Source: Heterodontus francisci (Eukaryota). Taken from it: a stretch of 64,000 bases of DNA. Shown here in pieces: positions 1-13,420 of the stretch. The DNA lies in contig NW_027140453.1 of NCBI RefSeq assembly GCF_036365525.1, positions 930,001 to 994,000 on the forward strand, in the 5' to 3' direction. The position numbers and the translations under genes were made by a program. A model generated the notes under the pieces. It was not told the origin of the DNA, did not search any database, and saw nothing but the letters and a program-made list of their open reading frames with translations. Positions within the stretch are counted from its first letter, which is position 1. Each line of letters starts with the position of its first letter.

Positions 1-3000
1 GCCTCCACTGCCTTCTGCGGCAGAGAATTCCACAGGTTCACCACCCCCTTCCCCATCTCTCTCTCCCCCTCTATCTCCCTCTCCCCCTCTATCTCCCTCG
101 CCCCCCTCTATCGCCCTCTCCCCTCTATCTCCCTCTCCCTCTTGATCTCCCTCTCCCCCTTGATCTCCCTCTCTCCCCTCAATCTCCCTCTCCCCCCTCG
201 ATTTCCCTCTCCCCCCTCGATCTCCCTCTCCCCCCTCGATCTCCCTCGGCCCATCCATCTCACTCTCCCCCTCTATCTCCCTCTCCCGCTCTCTCTGCCT
301 CTCCCCCTCTATCTACCCCTCTATCTCCCTCTCCCCCTCTAANNNNNNNNNNNNNNNNNNNNNNNNNNNNNNNNNNNNNNNNNNNNNNNNNNNNNNNNNN
401 NNNNNNNNNNNNNNNNNNNNNNNNNNNNNNNNNNNNNNNNNNNNNNNNNNNNNNNNNNNNNNNNNNNNNNNNNNNNNNNCTCCCCCCTCTATCTACCCCA
501 CTATCTCCCTCTCCCCCTCTAGCTCTTTCTCCCCACTCTCTCTCCCTCTCCCCTCTTTCTCCCTCCCCCTCTCTCCCTCCCCCTCTCTCTCCCACTCCCC
601 CCTCTCTCTCCCCTTTCTCTCTCTCTCCCCCTTTCTCTCTCTCTCCCCTTTCTCTCCCTCGCCCCCTCTCCCGCCCTCTCCCCCTCTCTCGCCCTCTCCC
701 CCTCTCTCGCCCTCTCCCCCTCTCACCCCTTCTCACCCCTCTCTCACCCCCTCTCACTCCCTCTCACCCCCTCTCTCTCCCTCTCCCCTCTCTTTCATCC
801 CCTCCCCCTCTCTCTCTCCCCTCTCTCTCTCCCCCTCTCTCTCTCCCCCCTCTCTCTCTCCCCCATCACTCTCTTCCCCCTCTATCTCTCTCTGCCCCCT
901 CTATATCTCTCTTCCCCCTCTATCTCTCTCTCTTCCCCTACAACTCTTTCTCCCCATCTCTCTCTGTCGTTGTCTTTCGCTATCACTGTCTCTGTCTCTC
1001 TCTCTCACTGACGCTCCCTTTCTCTCTGTTTCTTTCTGTGTCTCTATCTCTCTCTTTCTGTCTTTCTCTCTCTCTCTGACTCTCTCTCTCTCTCTCTCTT
1101 TCATTCTCTGTTACTCTTTCGCTCTTTGCTTCTGTCCATGACTCTATTTGTGTCTCTCTCGCACCATCTCTGCCATTCTCTCTCTGTATCTCTCTCTCTC
1201 ACTGTCTCTGTATCTTCCTCTCAGTATCTCTGTCTCCCTCTCTATTTCTACCGCTTCCTCTCAGTCTCTCTCTCTCTGTCCCTCCATCTGTCTTTCCCTC
1301 CCTGTCACTCCATCTCTCTCCTTCTCTCTCTGTCCCTCCATCTGTCTTTCCCTCCCTGTCACTCCCTTTCCTTCTGTTTCTGTCTCTCCCTCTCTCTCTG
1401 TCTCTCCCTCTCTCCCTCTCTTTCACTGCCTCTGTCCATAACTCTGTCTGTGTCTCTATGACACCATTTCTCCCTTTCTGTTTCCCCGTCTCTCTTTCTT
1501 TTCATCTCTCCCTTCCTCCCTCGCTCCCAATAGAGCAATGGTTTCAACCATATTTCCTTCTTTCTTTACCCCTCCCTCTCTGTCCCTCTCTCTCCTTCTA
1601 TCTCTGCCTCTGCCTCTCTCTCTGTATCCCTCAGTCCCTCCATCTGTCTTTACCTCTCTGTCACTCCCATCTCTCCTTCTATCTCTGCCTCACTCTCTTT
1701 CTATCCCTCCATCTGCCCTTCCATTCCTGTCAATCCCCCTCACTCCTTCTCTCTCTGACTCTCTCTCTCTGTCCCTCCATCTGTCCTTCCCTCCCTGTCA
1801 CTCCGTCTCTCTCCTTCTATCTCTGTCTCTCTCTCTGTCCCTCCATCTGTCTTTCCCTCCCTGACACTCCCTCTCTCTCCTTCTATCTCTGTCTCTCTCT
1901 GTCCCTCCATCTGTCTTTCCCTCCCTGACACTCCCTCTCTCTCTTTCTATCTCTGCCTCTCTCTGTCCCTCCATCTGTCTTTCACTCTCTGTCTCTCCCA
2001 CTCTCTCCTTCTATCTATCGCTCTCTCTCTGTCCCTCCATCTGTCTTTCCCTCTCTGTCTCACCCCCTCTCTCCTTCTATCTCTCCCTCTCTCTCTGTCC
2101 CGCCATCTGTCCTTCCCTCCCTGACACTCCATTTCTCTCCTTCTATCTCTGTCTCTCACTCTATCCCTCCATCTGCCTTTCCCTCCCTGTCACTCCATCT
2201 CTCTCCTTGTCTCTCTATCTCGCACTCTATCCCTCCATCTGTCCTTCTCTCCCTGTCACTCCATCTCTCTCCTTCTATCTCTGTGTCTCTCTCTCTCTGT
2301 CCCTCCATCTATCTTTCCCTCTCCATCTCTCCCTCTCTCTCCTTCTCTCTCTGTCTCTCTCTCTGTCTCACCATCTGTCTTCCCATCCCCGTCACTCACT
2401 CTCTCTCCTATCTATATCTCTGTCTCTCTCTCTTTCCCTCCATCTGTCTTTCTCTCCCTGATACTCCCTCTCTCTCCTTCCCTCTCTGTCTTTCTTTATG
2501 TCGCTCCATTTGTCTTTCCCTGCCAGTCACTCCCTCTCTCTCATTCTATCTCATCTCTCTCACTGACGCTCCCTTTCTGTCTGTTTCTTTCTGTGTCTCT
2601 ATCTCTCTCTTTCTGTCTGTCTCTCTCTCTCTCTGACTCTCTCTCTCTCTCTCTGTTACTCTCTCTCTCTCTGTGCTTCTGTCCATGACTCTATTTGTGT
2701 CTCTCTCACACCATCTCTGCCTTTCTCTCTCTCTATCTCACTCTCTCACTGTCTCTTTATCTTCCTCTCCATATCTCTGTCTCCCTTTCTATTTCTACCT
2801 CTTCCTCTCTGTTTCTCTCTGTCCCTCCATCTGTCTTTCGCTCCCTGTCACTCCATCTCTCTCCTTCTCTCTCTGCCCCTCCATCTGTCTTTCCCTCCCC
2901 GTCACTCCCTCTCTCTCCTTCTATCTCTGTCTCTCCCTCTTTCTCTCTCTCTGTCTCTCCCTCTCTCCCTCTCTTTCACTGCCTCTGTCCATAACTCTGT

Positions 3001-6000
3001 CTGTGTCTCTATGACACCATTTCTCCCTTTCTGTTTCCCCGTCTCTCTTTCTTTTCATCTCTCCCTTCCTCCCTCGCTCCCAATACAGCAATGGTTTCAA
3101 CCATATTTCCTTCTTTCTTGATCCCTCCCTCTATGTCCCTCTCTCTCCTTCTATCTCTGTCTCTTCCTCTCTCTCTGTATCCCTCAGTCCCTCCATCTAT
3201 CTTTACCTCTCTGTCACTCCCTCTCTCTCCTTCTATCTCTGCCTCTCTCTCTTTCTATCCCTCCATCTGCCCTTCCATTCCTGTCAATCTCCCTCACTCC
3301 TTCTCTCTCTGTCTCTCTCTCTCTGTCCCTCCATCTGTCCTTCCCTCCCTGTCACTCCGTCTCTCTCCTTCTATCTCTGTCTCTCTCTGTCCCTCCATCT
3401 GTCTTTCCCTCTCTGTCTCTCCCACTCTCTCCTTCTATCTATCGCTCTCTCTCTGTCCCTCCATCTGTATTTCCCTCTCTGTCTCACCCCCTCTCTCCTT
3501 CTATCTATCGCTCTCTCTCTGTCCCTCCATCTGTATTTCCCTCTCTGTCTCACCCCCTCTCTCATTCCATCTCTGCCTCTCACTCTCGGTCTCTCCATCT
3601 GTCTTTCCATCTCTGTCTCTCCATCTCTCTCCTTCTCTCTCTCTCTGTCTCTTCATCTGTCTCCCCCCCCACATCGTCACTCCCTCTTTCTCCTTCTAAC
3701 TCTGTCTCTGCCTCGCTCTCTGTCTCTCTCTCTATCCCTCCATCTGTCCTTCCCTCCCTGTCACTCCATCTCTCTCCTTCTCTCTCTGTCTCTCTCTCTG
3801 TCCCTCCATCTGTCTTTCCCTCCCTGACACTCCCTCTCTCTCTCCTTCTATCTCTGTCTCTCTCTATCCCTCCATCTGTCTTTCCCTCTCTGTCTCTCCC
3901 TCTCTCTCCTTCTATCTCTCCCTCTCTCTCTGTCCCGCCATCTGTCTTTCCCTCCCTGACACTCCCTCTCTCTCCCTTTTTTCTCTGTCTCTCTCTCTCT
4001 GTCCCTGCATCTGTCTTTCCCTCCCTGACACTCCCTCTCTCTTCTTCTCTCTCTGTCTCTCTCTCTGTCCCTCCATCTGTCTTTCCCTCCCTGACACTCC
4101 CTCTCTCTCCTTCTATCTCTGTCTCTCTCTATCCCTCCATCTGTCTTTCCCTCTCTGTCTCTCCCTCTCTCTCCTTCTATCTCTCCCTCTCTCTCTGTCC
4201 CGCCATCTGTCTTTCCCTCCCTGACACTCCCTCTCTCTCCCTTTTTTCTCTGTCTCTCTCTCTGTCTGTCCATCTGTCTTTCCCTACCTGTGACTCCCTC
4301 ACTGCTTGCATCTCTGCCTCTCTCTCTCTTTCTCTCCATCTGTCTTTCACTCTGTCTCTCCCACTCTCTCCTTCTCTCTCTGTCACTCCATCAGTCTCGC
4401 CGCTCCCGCCCCCACCATCACCCGATCTCTCTCCTTCTCTCTCTGCCTCTCTCTCTGTCCCTCCATCTGTCCTTCCCTCCCTGTCACTCCATCTCTCTCC
4501 TTCTCTCTCTGCCTCTCTCTCTGTCCCTCCATCTGTCTTTCCCTCCCTGACACTCCCTCTCTCTCCTTCTATCTCTGTCTCTCTCTATCCCTCCAACAGT
4601 CTTCCCCTCTCTGTGACTCCCTCTCTCTCCTTCCATGTGTCTTTCTCTCTCTCTCTGTCTCTCCACCTGCCTTTCCCTCCCTGACACTACCTCTCTCCCC
4701 TTCTATCTCTCTCTCTCTCTCTCTATCCCTCCATCAGTCCTTCCCTCCCTGTCACTCCATCTCTCTCCTTCTCGCTCTGTCTCCCACTCTGTCGCTCCAT
4801 CTGCCTTTCCCTTCCTGACACACCACCTCTCTCCTTCTCTCTCTGTCTCTCACTCTGTCCCTCCATCTGTCTTTCCCACCCAGACACACCCTCTCTCTCA
4901 TCTATCTCTGTCTCTCACTCCATCCCTCCATCTGTCCTTCCCTCCCTGTTACTCCATCTCTCTCCTTCTATCGCTGTCTCTCTCTCTCTCTGTCCCTCCA
5001 TCTGTCCTTCCCTCCCTGTCACTCCATCTCTCTCCTTCTATCTATCTCTCTCTCTCTCTCTGTCCCTCCATCTGTCTTTCCCTTTCAGTCCCTCCCTCTC
5101 TCTCCTTCTATCTCTGTATCTCTCTCTCTCTGCCCCTCCATCTGTCCTTCCCTCCCTGTCACTCCATCTCTCTCCTTCTCTCCGTCTCTCTCACTCTGTC
5201 CCTACATCTGTCTTTCTCTCCCTGACACTCCCTCTCTCTCCTTCCATCTCTGCCTCTCACTCTCTGTCCCTCCAACAGTCTTTCCCTCTCTGTGACTCCC
5301 TCTCTCTCCTTCTCTCTCTGTCTTTCTATCTGTCGCTCCATCTATCTTTCCCTGCCTGTCACTCCCTCTCTCTCATTTCATCTCTGCCTCTCACTCTCTG
5401 TCCCTCCATCTGTCCTTCCCTCCCAGTCACTCCATCTCTCTCCTTCTCTCTCTGTCTCTCACTCTGTCCCTCCATCTGTCCTTTCCTTCCTGGCAATCCC
5501 TCTCTTTCCTTCTATCTCTGTCTCTGCCACTCTCTCTGTCTCTCTCTCTCTGTCCCTCCATCTGTCTTTCCCTCTCTGTCTCTCCGTCTCTCTATCCCAC
5601 CATCTGTCCTTCCCTCCCTGTCACTCCCCCTCTCTCCTTCTCTCTCTGTCTCTCTCTCTCTGTCTCTCCATCTGTCTTCCCCTCCCCGTCACACCCTCTC
5701 TCTCCTTCTATCTCTATCTCTGTCTCTCTCTCTGTCCCTCCACTTCTCTTTCCCGCCCTGTCACTCCCACTGTCTGCTTCTATCTCTGTCTCTCTCTCTC
5801 AATCCCTCCATCTGCCCTTCCCTCCCTGTCACACCCTCTCTGTCCTTCTCTCTCTGTCTTTCTCTCTGTCTCTCCATCTGTCTTTCCCTGCCTGTAACTC
5901 CATCTCTCACCTTCCATCACTGCCTCTCACTCTCTGTCTCTCCATATCTCTCCTTCTATCTCTGTCTCTCTCTCTCTGTCCCTCCATCTGTCTTCTCCCC

Positions 6001-9000
6001 CCCTCCGTCACGCCATCTCTCTGCTTCTATCTCTGTCTCTCTCCCTCTGTCCCTCCATCTGTCCTTCCCTCATTGTCACTACATCTCTCTCCTTCTATCT
6101 CTCTCACTCCCTCTCTTACCCTCCATCTGTCTTTCCCTCTCTGTCCCTCCCTCTCTCTCCTTCTATCACTGTCTCTATCTCTCTGTCTCTCCATCTGCCC
6201 TTCCCTCTTTGACACTCCCTCTCTCTCCTTCTCTCTCTGTCTTTCTATCTGTCGCTCCATCTGTCCTTCCCTCCCAGTCACTCCATCTCTCTCCTTCTCT
6301 CCGTCTCTCTCTCTCTGTCTCTCCATCTGTCTTCCCCACCCCCTGTCACTCACTCTCACTCCTTTTATCTCTATCTCTGTCTCTCTCTCTGTCCCTCCAT
6401 CTATATTACCCTCTCTGTCACTCCCACCCTCTCCTTCTATCTCTCTCCCTCACACTCTGTCCCTCCATCTGTCTTTCTCTCCCTGACACTCCCTCTCTCT
6501 CCTTCCATCTCTGCCTCTCACTCTCTGTCTCTCCATCTGTCTTTCCCTCTCTGTCTCTCCATCTCTCTCCTTCTCTCTCTCTCTGTCTCTTCATCTGTCT
6601 CCCCCCCCACCCCGTCACTCCCTCTTTCTCTTTCTAACTCTGTCTCTGCCTCGCTCTCTGTCTCTCTCTCTATCCCTCCATCTGTCCTTCCCTCCCTGTC
6701 ACTCCATCTCTCTCCTTCTCTCTCTGCCTCTCACTCTATCCCTCCATCTGTCTTCCCCTCCGCGTCACACCCTCTCTCTCCTTCTATCTCTATCCCTGTC
6801 TATCTCTCTGTCCCTCCACTTCTCTTTCCCTCCCTGTCACACCCACTCTCTGCTTCTATCTCTGTCTCTCTCTCTCAATCCCTCCATCTATCCTTCCCTC
6901 CCTGTCACACCCTCTCACTCCTTCTCGCTCTGTCTCTCTCTCTGGCTCTCCATCTGTCTTTCCCTGCCTGTCACTCCCTCTCTCACCTTCCATCACGGCC
7001 TCTCACTCTCTGTCTCTCCAACTCTCTTTCCCTCTCTATCTCTGCATATCTTTCCTTCTATCTCTGTCTCTCTCCCTCTGTCCCTCCATCTGTCCTTCCC
7101 TCATTGTCACTCCATCTCTCTCCTTCTATCTCTCTCTCTTTCCCTCCATCTGTCTTTCCCTCTCTGTCCCTCCCTCTCTCTCCTTCTATCTCTGTCTCTC
7201 TCTCTATCCCTCCATCTGCCATTCCCTCCCTGAAACTCCCTCTCTTTCCTTGCCTCTCTGTCTCTCACTCTATCCCTCCATCGTCCTTCCCACACTGTCA
7301 CTCCATCTCTCTCCTTCTATCGCTGTCTCTCTCTCTCTCTCTCTGTCCCTCCATCTGTCCTTCCTTCCCTGTCACTCCATCTCTCTCCTTCTATCTATCT
7401 ATCTCTCTCTCTCTCTGTCCCTCCATCTGTCTTCCCTCTCAGTCCCACCCTCTCTCTCCTTCTATCTCTGTATCTCTCTCTCTGCCCCTCCATCTGTCCT
7501 TCCCTCCCTCTCACTCCATCTCTCTCCTTCTCTCCGTCTCTCTCACTCTGTCCCTACATCTGTCTTTCCCTCCCTGACACTCCCTCTCTCTCCTTCCATC
7601 TCTGCCTCTCACTCTCTGTCCCTCCATCTGTCCTTCCCTCCCCCTCACTCCATCTCTCTCCTTCTCTCCGTCTCTCTCTCTCTGTCTCTCCATCTGTCTT
7701 CCCCACCCCCTGTCACTCACTCTCACTCCTTTTATCTCTATCTCTGTCTCTCTCTCTGTCCCTCCATCTATATTACCCTCTCTGTCACTCCCACCCTCTT
7801 CTTCTATCTCTCTCCCTCACACTCTGTCCCTCCATCTGTCTTTCTCTCCCTGACACTCCCTCTCTCTCCTTCCATCTCTGCCTCTCACTCTCTGTCTCTC
7901 CATCTGTCTTTCCCTCTCTGTCTCTCCATCTCTCTCCTTCTCTCTCTCTCTGTCTCTTCATCTGTCTCCCCCCCACCCCGTCACCCCCTCTTTCTCTTTC
8001 TAACTCTGTCTCTGCCTCGCTCTCTGTCTCTCTCTCTATCCCTCCATCTGTCCTTCCCTCCCTGTCACATCATCTCTCTCCTTCTCTCTCTGCCTCTCAC
8101 TCTATCCCTCCATCTGTCTTCCCCTCCGCGTCACACCCTCTCTCTCCTTCTATCTCTATCCCTGTCTATCTCTCTGTCCCTCCACTTCTCTTTCCCTCCC
8201 TGTCACACCCACTCTCTGCTTCTATCTCTGTCTCTCTCTCTCAATCCCTCCATCTATCCTTCCCTCCCTGTCACACCCTCTCTCTCCTTCTCGCTCTGTC
8301 TCTCTCTCTGGCTCTCCATCTGTCTTTCCCTGCCTGTCACTCCCTCTCTCACCTTCCATCACGGCCTCTCACTCTCTGTCTCTCCAACTCTCTTTCCCTC
8401 TCTATCTCTGCATATCTTTCCTTCTATCTCTGTCTCTCTCCCTCTGTCCCTCCATCTGTCCTTCCCTCATTGTCACTCCATCTCTCTCCTTCTATCTCTC
8501 TCTCTTTCCCTCCATCTGTCTTTCCCTCTCTGTCCCTCCCTCTCTCTCCTTCTATCTCTGTCTCTCTCTCTATCCCTCCATCTGCCATTCCCTCCCTGAA
8601 ACTCCCTCTCTTTCCTTGCCTCTCTGTCTCTCACTCTATCCTTCCATCGTCCTTCCCACACTGTCACTCCATCTCTCTCCTTCTATCGCTGTCTCTCTCT
8701 CTCTCTCTCTGTCCCTCCATCTGTCCTTCCTTCCCTGTCACTCCATCTCTCTCCTTCTATCTATCTATCTCTCTCTCTCTCTGTCCCTCCATCTGTCTTC
8801 CCTCTCAGTCCCACCCTCTCTCTCCTTCTATCTCTGTATCTCTCTCTCTGCCCCTCCATCTGTCCTTCCCTCCCTCTCACTCCATCTCTCTCCTTCTCTC
8901 CGTCTCTCTCACTCTGTCCCTACATCTGTCTTTCTCTCCCTGACACTCCCTCTCTCTCCTTCCATCTCTGCCTCTCACTCTCTGTCCCTCCATCTGTCCT

Positions 9001-11050
9001 TCCCTCCCCCTCACTCCATCTCTCTCCTTCTCTCCGTCTCTCTCTCTCTGTCTCTCCATCTGTCTTTCCCACCCCCTGTCACTCACTCTCTCTCCTTTTA
9101 TCTCTATCTCTGTCTCTCTCTCTGTCCCTCCATCTGTATTACCCTCTCTGTCACTCCCACCCTCTCCTTCTATCTCTCTCCCTCACACACTGGCCCTCCA
9201 TCTGTCTTTCTCTCCCTGACACTCCCTCTCTGTACTTCTCTCTCTGTCTTTCTCTCTGTCTCTCCATCTGTATTTCCCTCTCTGTCTCTCCATCTCTCTC
9301 CTTCTCTCTCTCTCACTGTCTCACCATCTGTCTCCCCCCCCCACCTCGTCACTCCCTCTTTCTCCTTCTAACTCTGTCTCTGTCTCTCTCTCTCTATCCC
9401 TCCATCTGTCCTTCCCTCCCTGTCACACCCTCTCTGTCCTTCTCTCTCTGTCTTTCTCTCTGTCTCTCCATCTGTCTTTCCCTGCCTGTCACTGCATCTC
9501 TCACCTTCCATCACGGCCTCTCACTCTCTGTCTCTCCATCTCTCTTTCCCTCTCTGTCTCTCCATATCTCTCCTTCTGTCTCTGTCTCTCTCTCTCTCTG
9601 TCCCTCCATCTGTCTTCTCCCCCCCCCCTCCGTCACTCCATCTCTCTCCTTCCATCTCTGTCTCTCTCCCTCTGTCCCTCCATCTGTCCTTCCCTCATTG
9701 TCACTCCATCTCTCTCCTTCTATTTCTCTCACTCTCTCTCTTACCCTCCATCTGTCTTTCCCTCTCTGTCCCTCCCTCTCTCTCCTTCCATCACTGTCTC
9801 TATCTCTCTGTCTCTCCATCTGCCCTTCCCTCTTTGACACTCCCTCTCTCTCCTTGTCTCTCTGTCTCTCACTCTATCCCTCCATATGTCCTTCCCTCCC
9901 TGACACTCCCTCTCTCTCCTTCTCTCTCTGTCTTTCTATCTGTCGCTCCATCTATCTTTCCCTGCCAGTCACTCCATCTCTCTCCATCTCTCCGTCTCTC
10001 TCTCTCTGTCTCTCCATCTGTCTTTCCCACTCCCTGTCACTCACTCTCACTCCTTTTATCTCTATATCTGTCTCTCTCTCTGTCCCTCCATCTGTATTAC
10101 CCTCTGTGTCACTCCCACCCTCTCCTTCTATCTCTCTCCCTCACATTCTGTCCCTCCATCTGTCTTTCTCTCCCTGACACTCCCTCTCTCTCCTTCTCTC
10201 TCTGTCTTCCTCTCTGTCTCTCCATCTGTCTTTCCCTGCCTGTCACGCCATCTCTCTCCTTCCATCTCTGCCTCTCATTCTCTGTCTCTCCATCTGTCTT
10301 TGCCTCCCTGTCTCTCCATCTCTCTCCTTCTCTCTCTCTCTGTCTCTTCATCTGTCTCCCTCCACCACCCCGTCACTCCCTCTGTCTCCTTCTAACTCTG
10401 TCTCTGTCTCGCTCTCTGTCTCTCTCTCTATCCCTCCATCTGTCCTTCCCTCCCTGTCACTCCATCTCTCTCCTTCTCTCTCTGTCTCTCACTCTGTCTC
10501 TCCATCTGTCCTTTCCTTCCTGGCAATCCCTCTCTTTCCTTCTATTTCTGTCTCTGCCACTCTCTCTGTCTCTCTCTCTGTCCCTCCATCTGTCTTTCCC
10601 TCTCTGTCTCTCCGTCTCTCTATCCCTCCATCTATCCTTCCCTCCCTGTCACTCCATCTCTCTCCTTCTCTCTCTGTCTCTCTCTCTGTCCCTCAATTTG
10701 TCTTTCCCTTCCTGATACTCGCTCGCTCTCCTTCTATCTTTGTCTCTGCCACTCTCTCTGTCTCTCTGTATGGCCCTCCATCTGTCATTCCCTTTCTGTC
10801 TTTCCGTCTCTCTCCTGCTATCTCTGTCTCTGCCTCTCTCTCTGTGTCTCTCTCTGTCCCTCCAGCTATCATTCCCTCTCTGTCACTCCCTCTCTCCTTC
10901 TCTTTGTCTGTCCCTCTCTCTCCTTCTCTCTCTCCTTCTCTCTCTCTCTTTACCCCCCTATCACTCCTTGCCCTATCTCTCTGTCGCTGAGACTCTCTAT
11001 ATCTCTCCCCCTCTATCTCTCTCTGTCCCTCGTTCTCTCTGTCTTTATTT
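1..11050. repeat. ~11-kb polypyrimidine (CT-rich) satellite with a ~60-bp degenerate unit and kb-scale higher-order duplications
   Basis: Almost all C/T on + strand; recurring unit tctgtccctccatctgtctttccctccctgtcactccatctctctccttctatctctgtctctc; near-identical ORF translations recur at 7104/8470 and 1126/2673; N-gap 343-479. Confidence 0.95.
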
Positions 11051-11139
11051 CAGTTCCTTCAGGTATATGGATGTATTGGAGAGCTTGGGTTATTCTCCAT
11101 CGGTCCTTCCGATCCACTCAATCTGGGCCCATCATCATT

Positions 11140-11420
11140 TTACACACCTCCATTAAATCTCCCCTCAGCCTCCTCTGTTTCAAAGAAAACAACACCAGCC
11201 TGTCCAATCTTTCCTCATAGCTAAAATTCTCCATTCCTGACAACATCCCTTGTAAATCTACTCTGTACCCTCGCTAGTGTGATCACATCCTTCCTGTAAT
11301 GTGCTGACCCGAACTGTACACAGTTCTCTAGCTGTGGTCTAACTAGTGTTTTATGCAGTTCCAGCATAACCTCCCTGCCCTTATATTCTATACATCAGCC
11401 AAAATAAAGGAAATTACAAT
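11140..11420 (-). mobile_element. Degenerate CR1 LINE 3' fragment
   Basis: Reverse complement resembles the CR1 ORF2 C-terminal region seen in other copies in the window. Confidence 0.7.
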
Positions 11421-11466
11421 CGAAAATCCTGTGAGAAAAACAATCCATATCATTAAAAAATATATA

Positions 11467-12400
11467 TCAGCAATTGCGGACGACACAAAGGTTGGTGGAG
11501 TTGCGGATAATAATGAGGATTGTCAAAGGATACAGCAGGACATAGATCGGTTGCAGACATGGGTGGAGAAATAGCAGATGGAGTTTAATCCGGACAAATG
11601 TGAGGTAATGTATTTTGGAAGGTCTAATGCAGGTGGGAGGTATACAGTAAATGGCAGAACCCTTTGGAGTATTGACAGGCAGAGAGATCTGGGCGTACAG
11701 GTCCACAGGTCACTGAAAGTGGCAACGCCGGTGGATAAGGTAGTCAAGAAGGCAGACGGCATGCTTGCCTTCATCAGTCAGGGCATAGAGTATAAAAATT
11801 GGCAAGTCATGTTGCAGCTGTATAGAACCTTAGTTAGGCCACACTGAGAATACTAAATGAAATTCTGGTCGCCACACTACCAGAAGGACTTGGAGGCTTT
11901 GGAGAAGGTACAGAGAAGGTTTACCAGGATGTTGCCTGGTCTGGAGGGCATTAGCTAGAGGACAGGTTGGAAAAACTCGGATTATTTTCACTGGAACGAT
12001 GGAGGTGGAGGGGCGACATGATAGAGGTTTACAAAGTTATGAGCGGCATGGACAGAGTGGATAGTCAGAAGCTTTTTCCCAGGGTGGAAGAGTCAGTTAC
12101 TAGGGGACATAGGTTTAAGGTGCGAGGGGCAAAGTTTAGAGGGGATGTGCGAGGCAAATTTTTTGCAGAGGGTGGTGAGTGCCTGGAACTTGCTGCCAGG
12201 GGAGGTGGTGGAAGCAGATACGATAGTGACATTTAAGAGAAATCTTGACAAATATATGAATAGGAAGGGAATAGAGGGATATGGGCCCCGGAAGTGCAGA
12301 AGATGTTAGTTTCGGCAGGCATCTAGTTCGGCGCAGGCTTGGAGGGCCGAATGGCCTGTTCCTGTGCTGTACTGTTCTTTGTTCTTTGTTCTTTATTTGT
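11467..12400 (+). mobile_element. CR1 LINE 3' portion (RT C-terminus, 3' UTR, TTCTTTG tail), disrupted
   Basis: ADDTKVGG, MEFNPDKCEV and LGLFSLERWR peptides in shifting frames; ends cctgtgctgtactgttctttgttctttgttcttt. Confidence 0.9.
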
Positions 12401-13420
12401 TCTTTGCAACACAAGTGTGATTTATTAAACTTTAACACAACAATGTTTGTTACTCAGTCGTGTAAAGTGCATTGCACTGTTACTGACCTTTACTCCAATC
12501 CCTCAATCCCACTTCATCTCGGGGAGATTGTTATAAGATTCACCCCATCCTTACAAACATAAATATTACCCACATCAAACCAGTGCAATTAGAAATTGTA
12601 CACAGCTGCTGATAGGTAGTAACAAGACCGAAGGGAATGTTCAGTCTTCCATCTCTAACCCAGGCAAATATATGTCTTCATTTATACTGATATCTGTCTG
12701 TCTGTCTGAATGGAATCAGATAGAGGCCAGACCTCTCCAATAACAACATTGTTTGACCATTTCACTTTTTATGGCAGACAGAAAGTTTTCATCTACCTTG
12801 TCTCTATTATTCTGCAGTGATGTCCTGGAACTGAGATGATTGACCTCCAACAACCACAACCATCTTCCTTTGTGCTCAGTATAATTCCAACCAGCAGATT
12901 CCCACTGACTTCAGTTTTACTCGGTCTCCTCGCTGTCACACTCGGTCAAACGCGGCATTGATGTTAAGGTCAGTCTCTCTTTCCCGTAGCAGACAGGAGT
13001 GAATCGTTCCCTTTGACCCGTTGAGTCCTGAACATGCTCTGCTTCTTCACAGCCAGATAAAGGACTGTACACGGCCGATTAATGTAGCCCCTCAAACACT
13101 CCGAGTGCAGGTTCAGCTTAGGAACAGAGTACAGTTCCTTCTAAATTCTCTCTCTGTCTTCCTCTCTCCGTCTCTTCCTCCTGCTCTCTCTGACACTAGG
13201 AGTGAGACAGAGGGAGAGAGGGTTAGATATGCAGACAGAGAGCGGGCAGTAGAGAGGGACAGGGTTGGAGAGAGAGAGAGAGATTGTTGGGGTGGATTGA
13301 AAGGGAGAATGTAAGATATATGAATTTGATGTAATCCTTCACTGCTGTGTGCACAAACATATAGGAGATAGGTATGGAGATGGAAACATCAGGAGAGATC
13401 CAGAGGCAATAGCCTCTATT

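Noticed and set aside
142-11156. Dozens of long S/L/P/C-rich or R/E/G-rich ORFs (also 61.3-64 kb and other GA/CT tracts)
   Set aside because: Translations of low-complexity repeats that lack stop codons; no domain signal
13065-13140. Minus-strand NLHSECLR...SAVY resembling a V FR3 relic
   Set aside because: No YxC or RSS; it better resembles a common shark repeat (tactctgtatctaac..gggagtgtttgatggg) as recalled from memory
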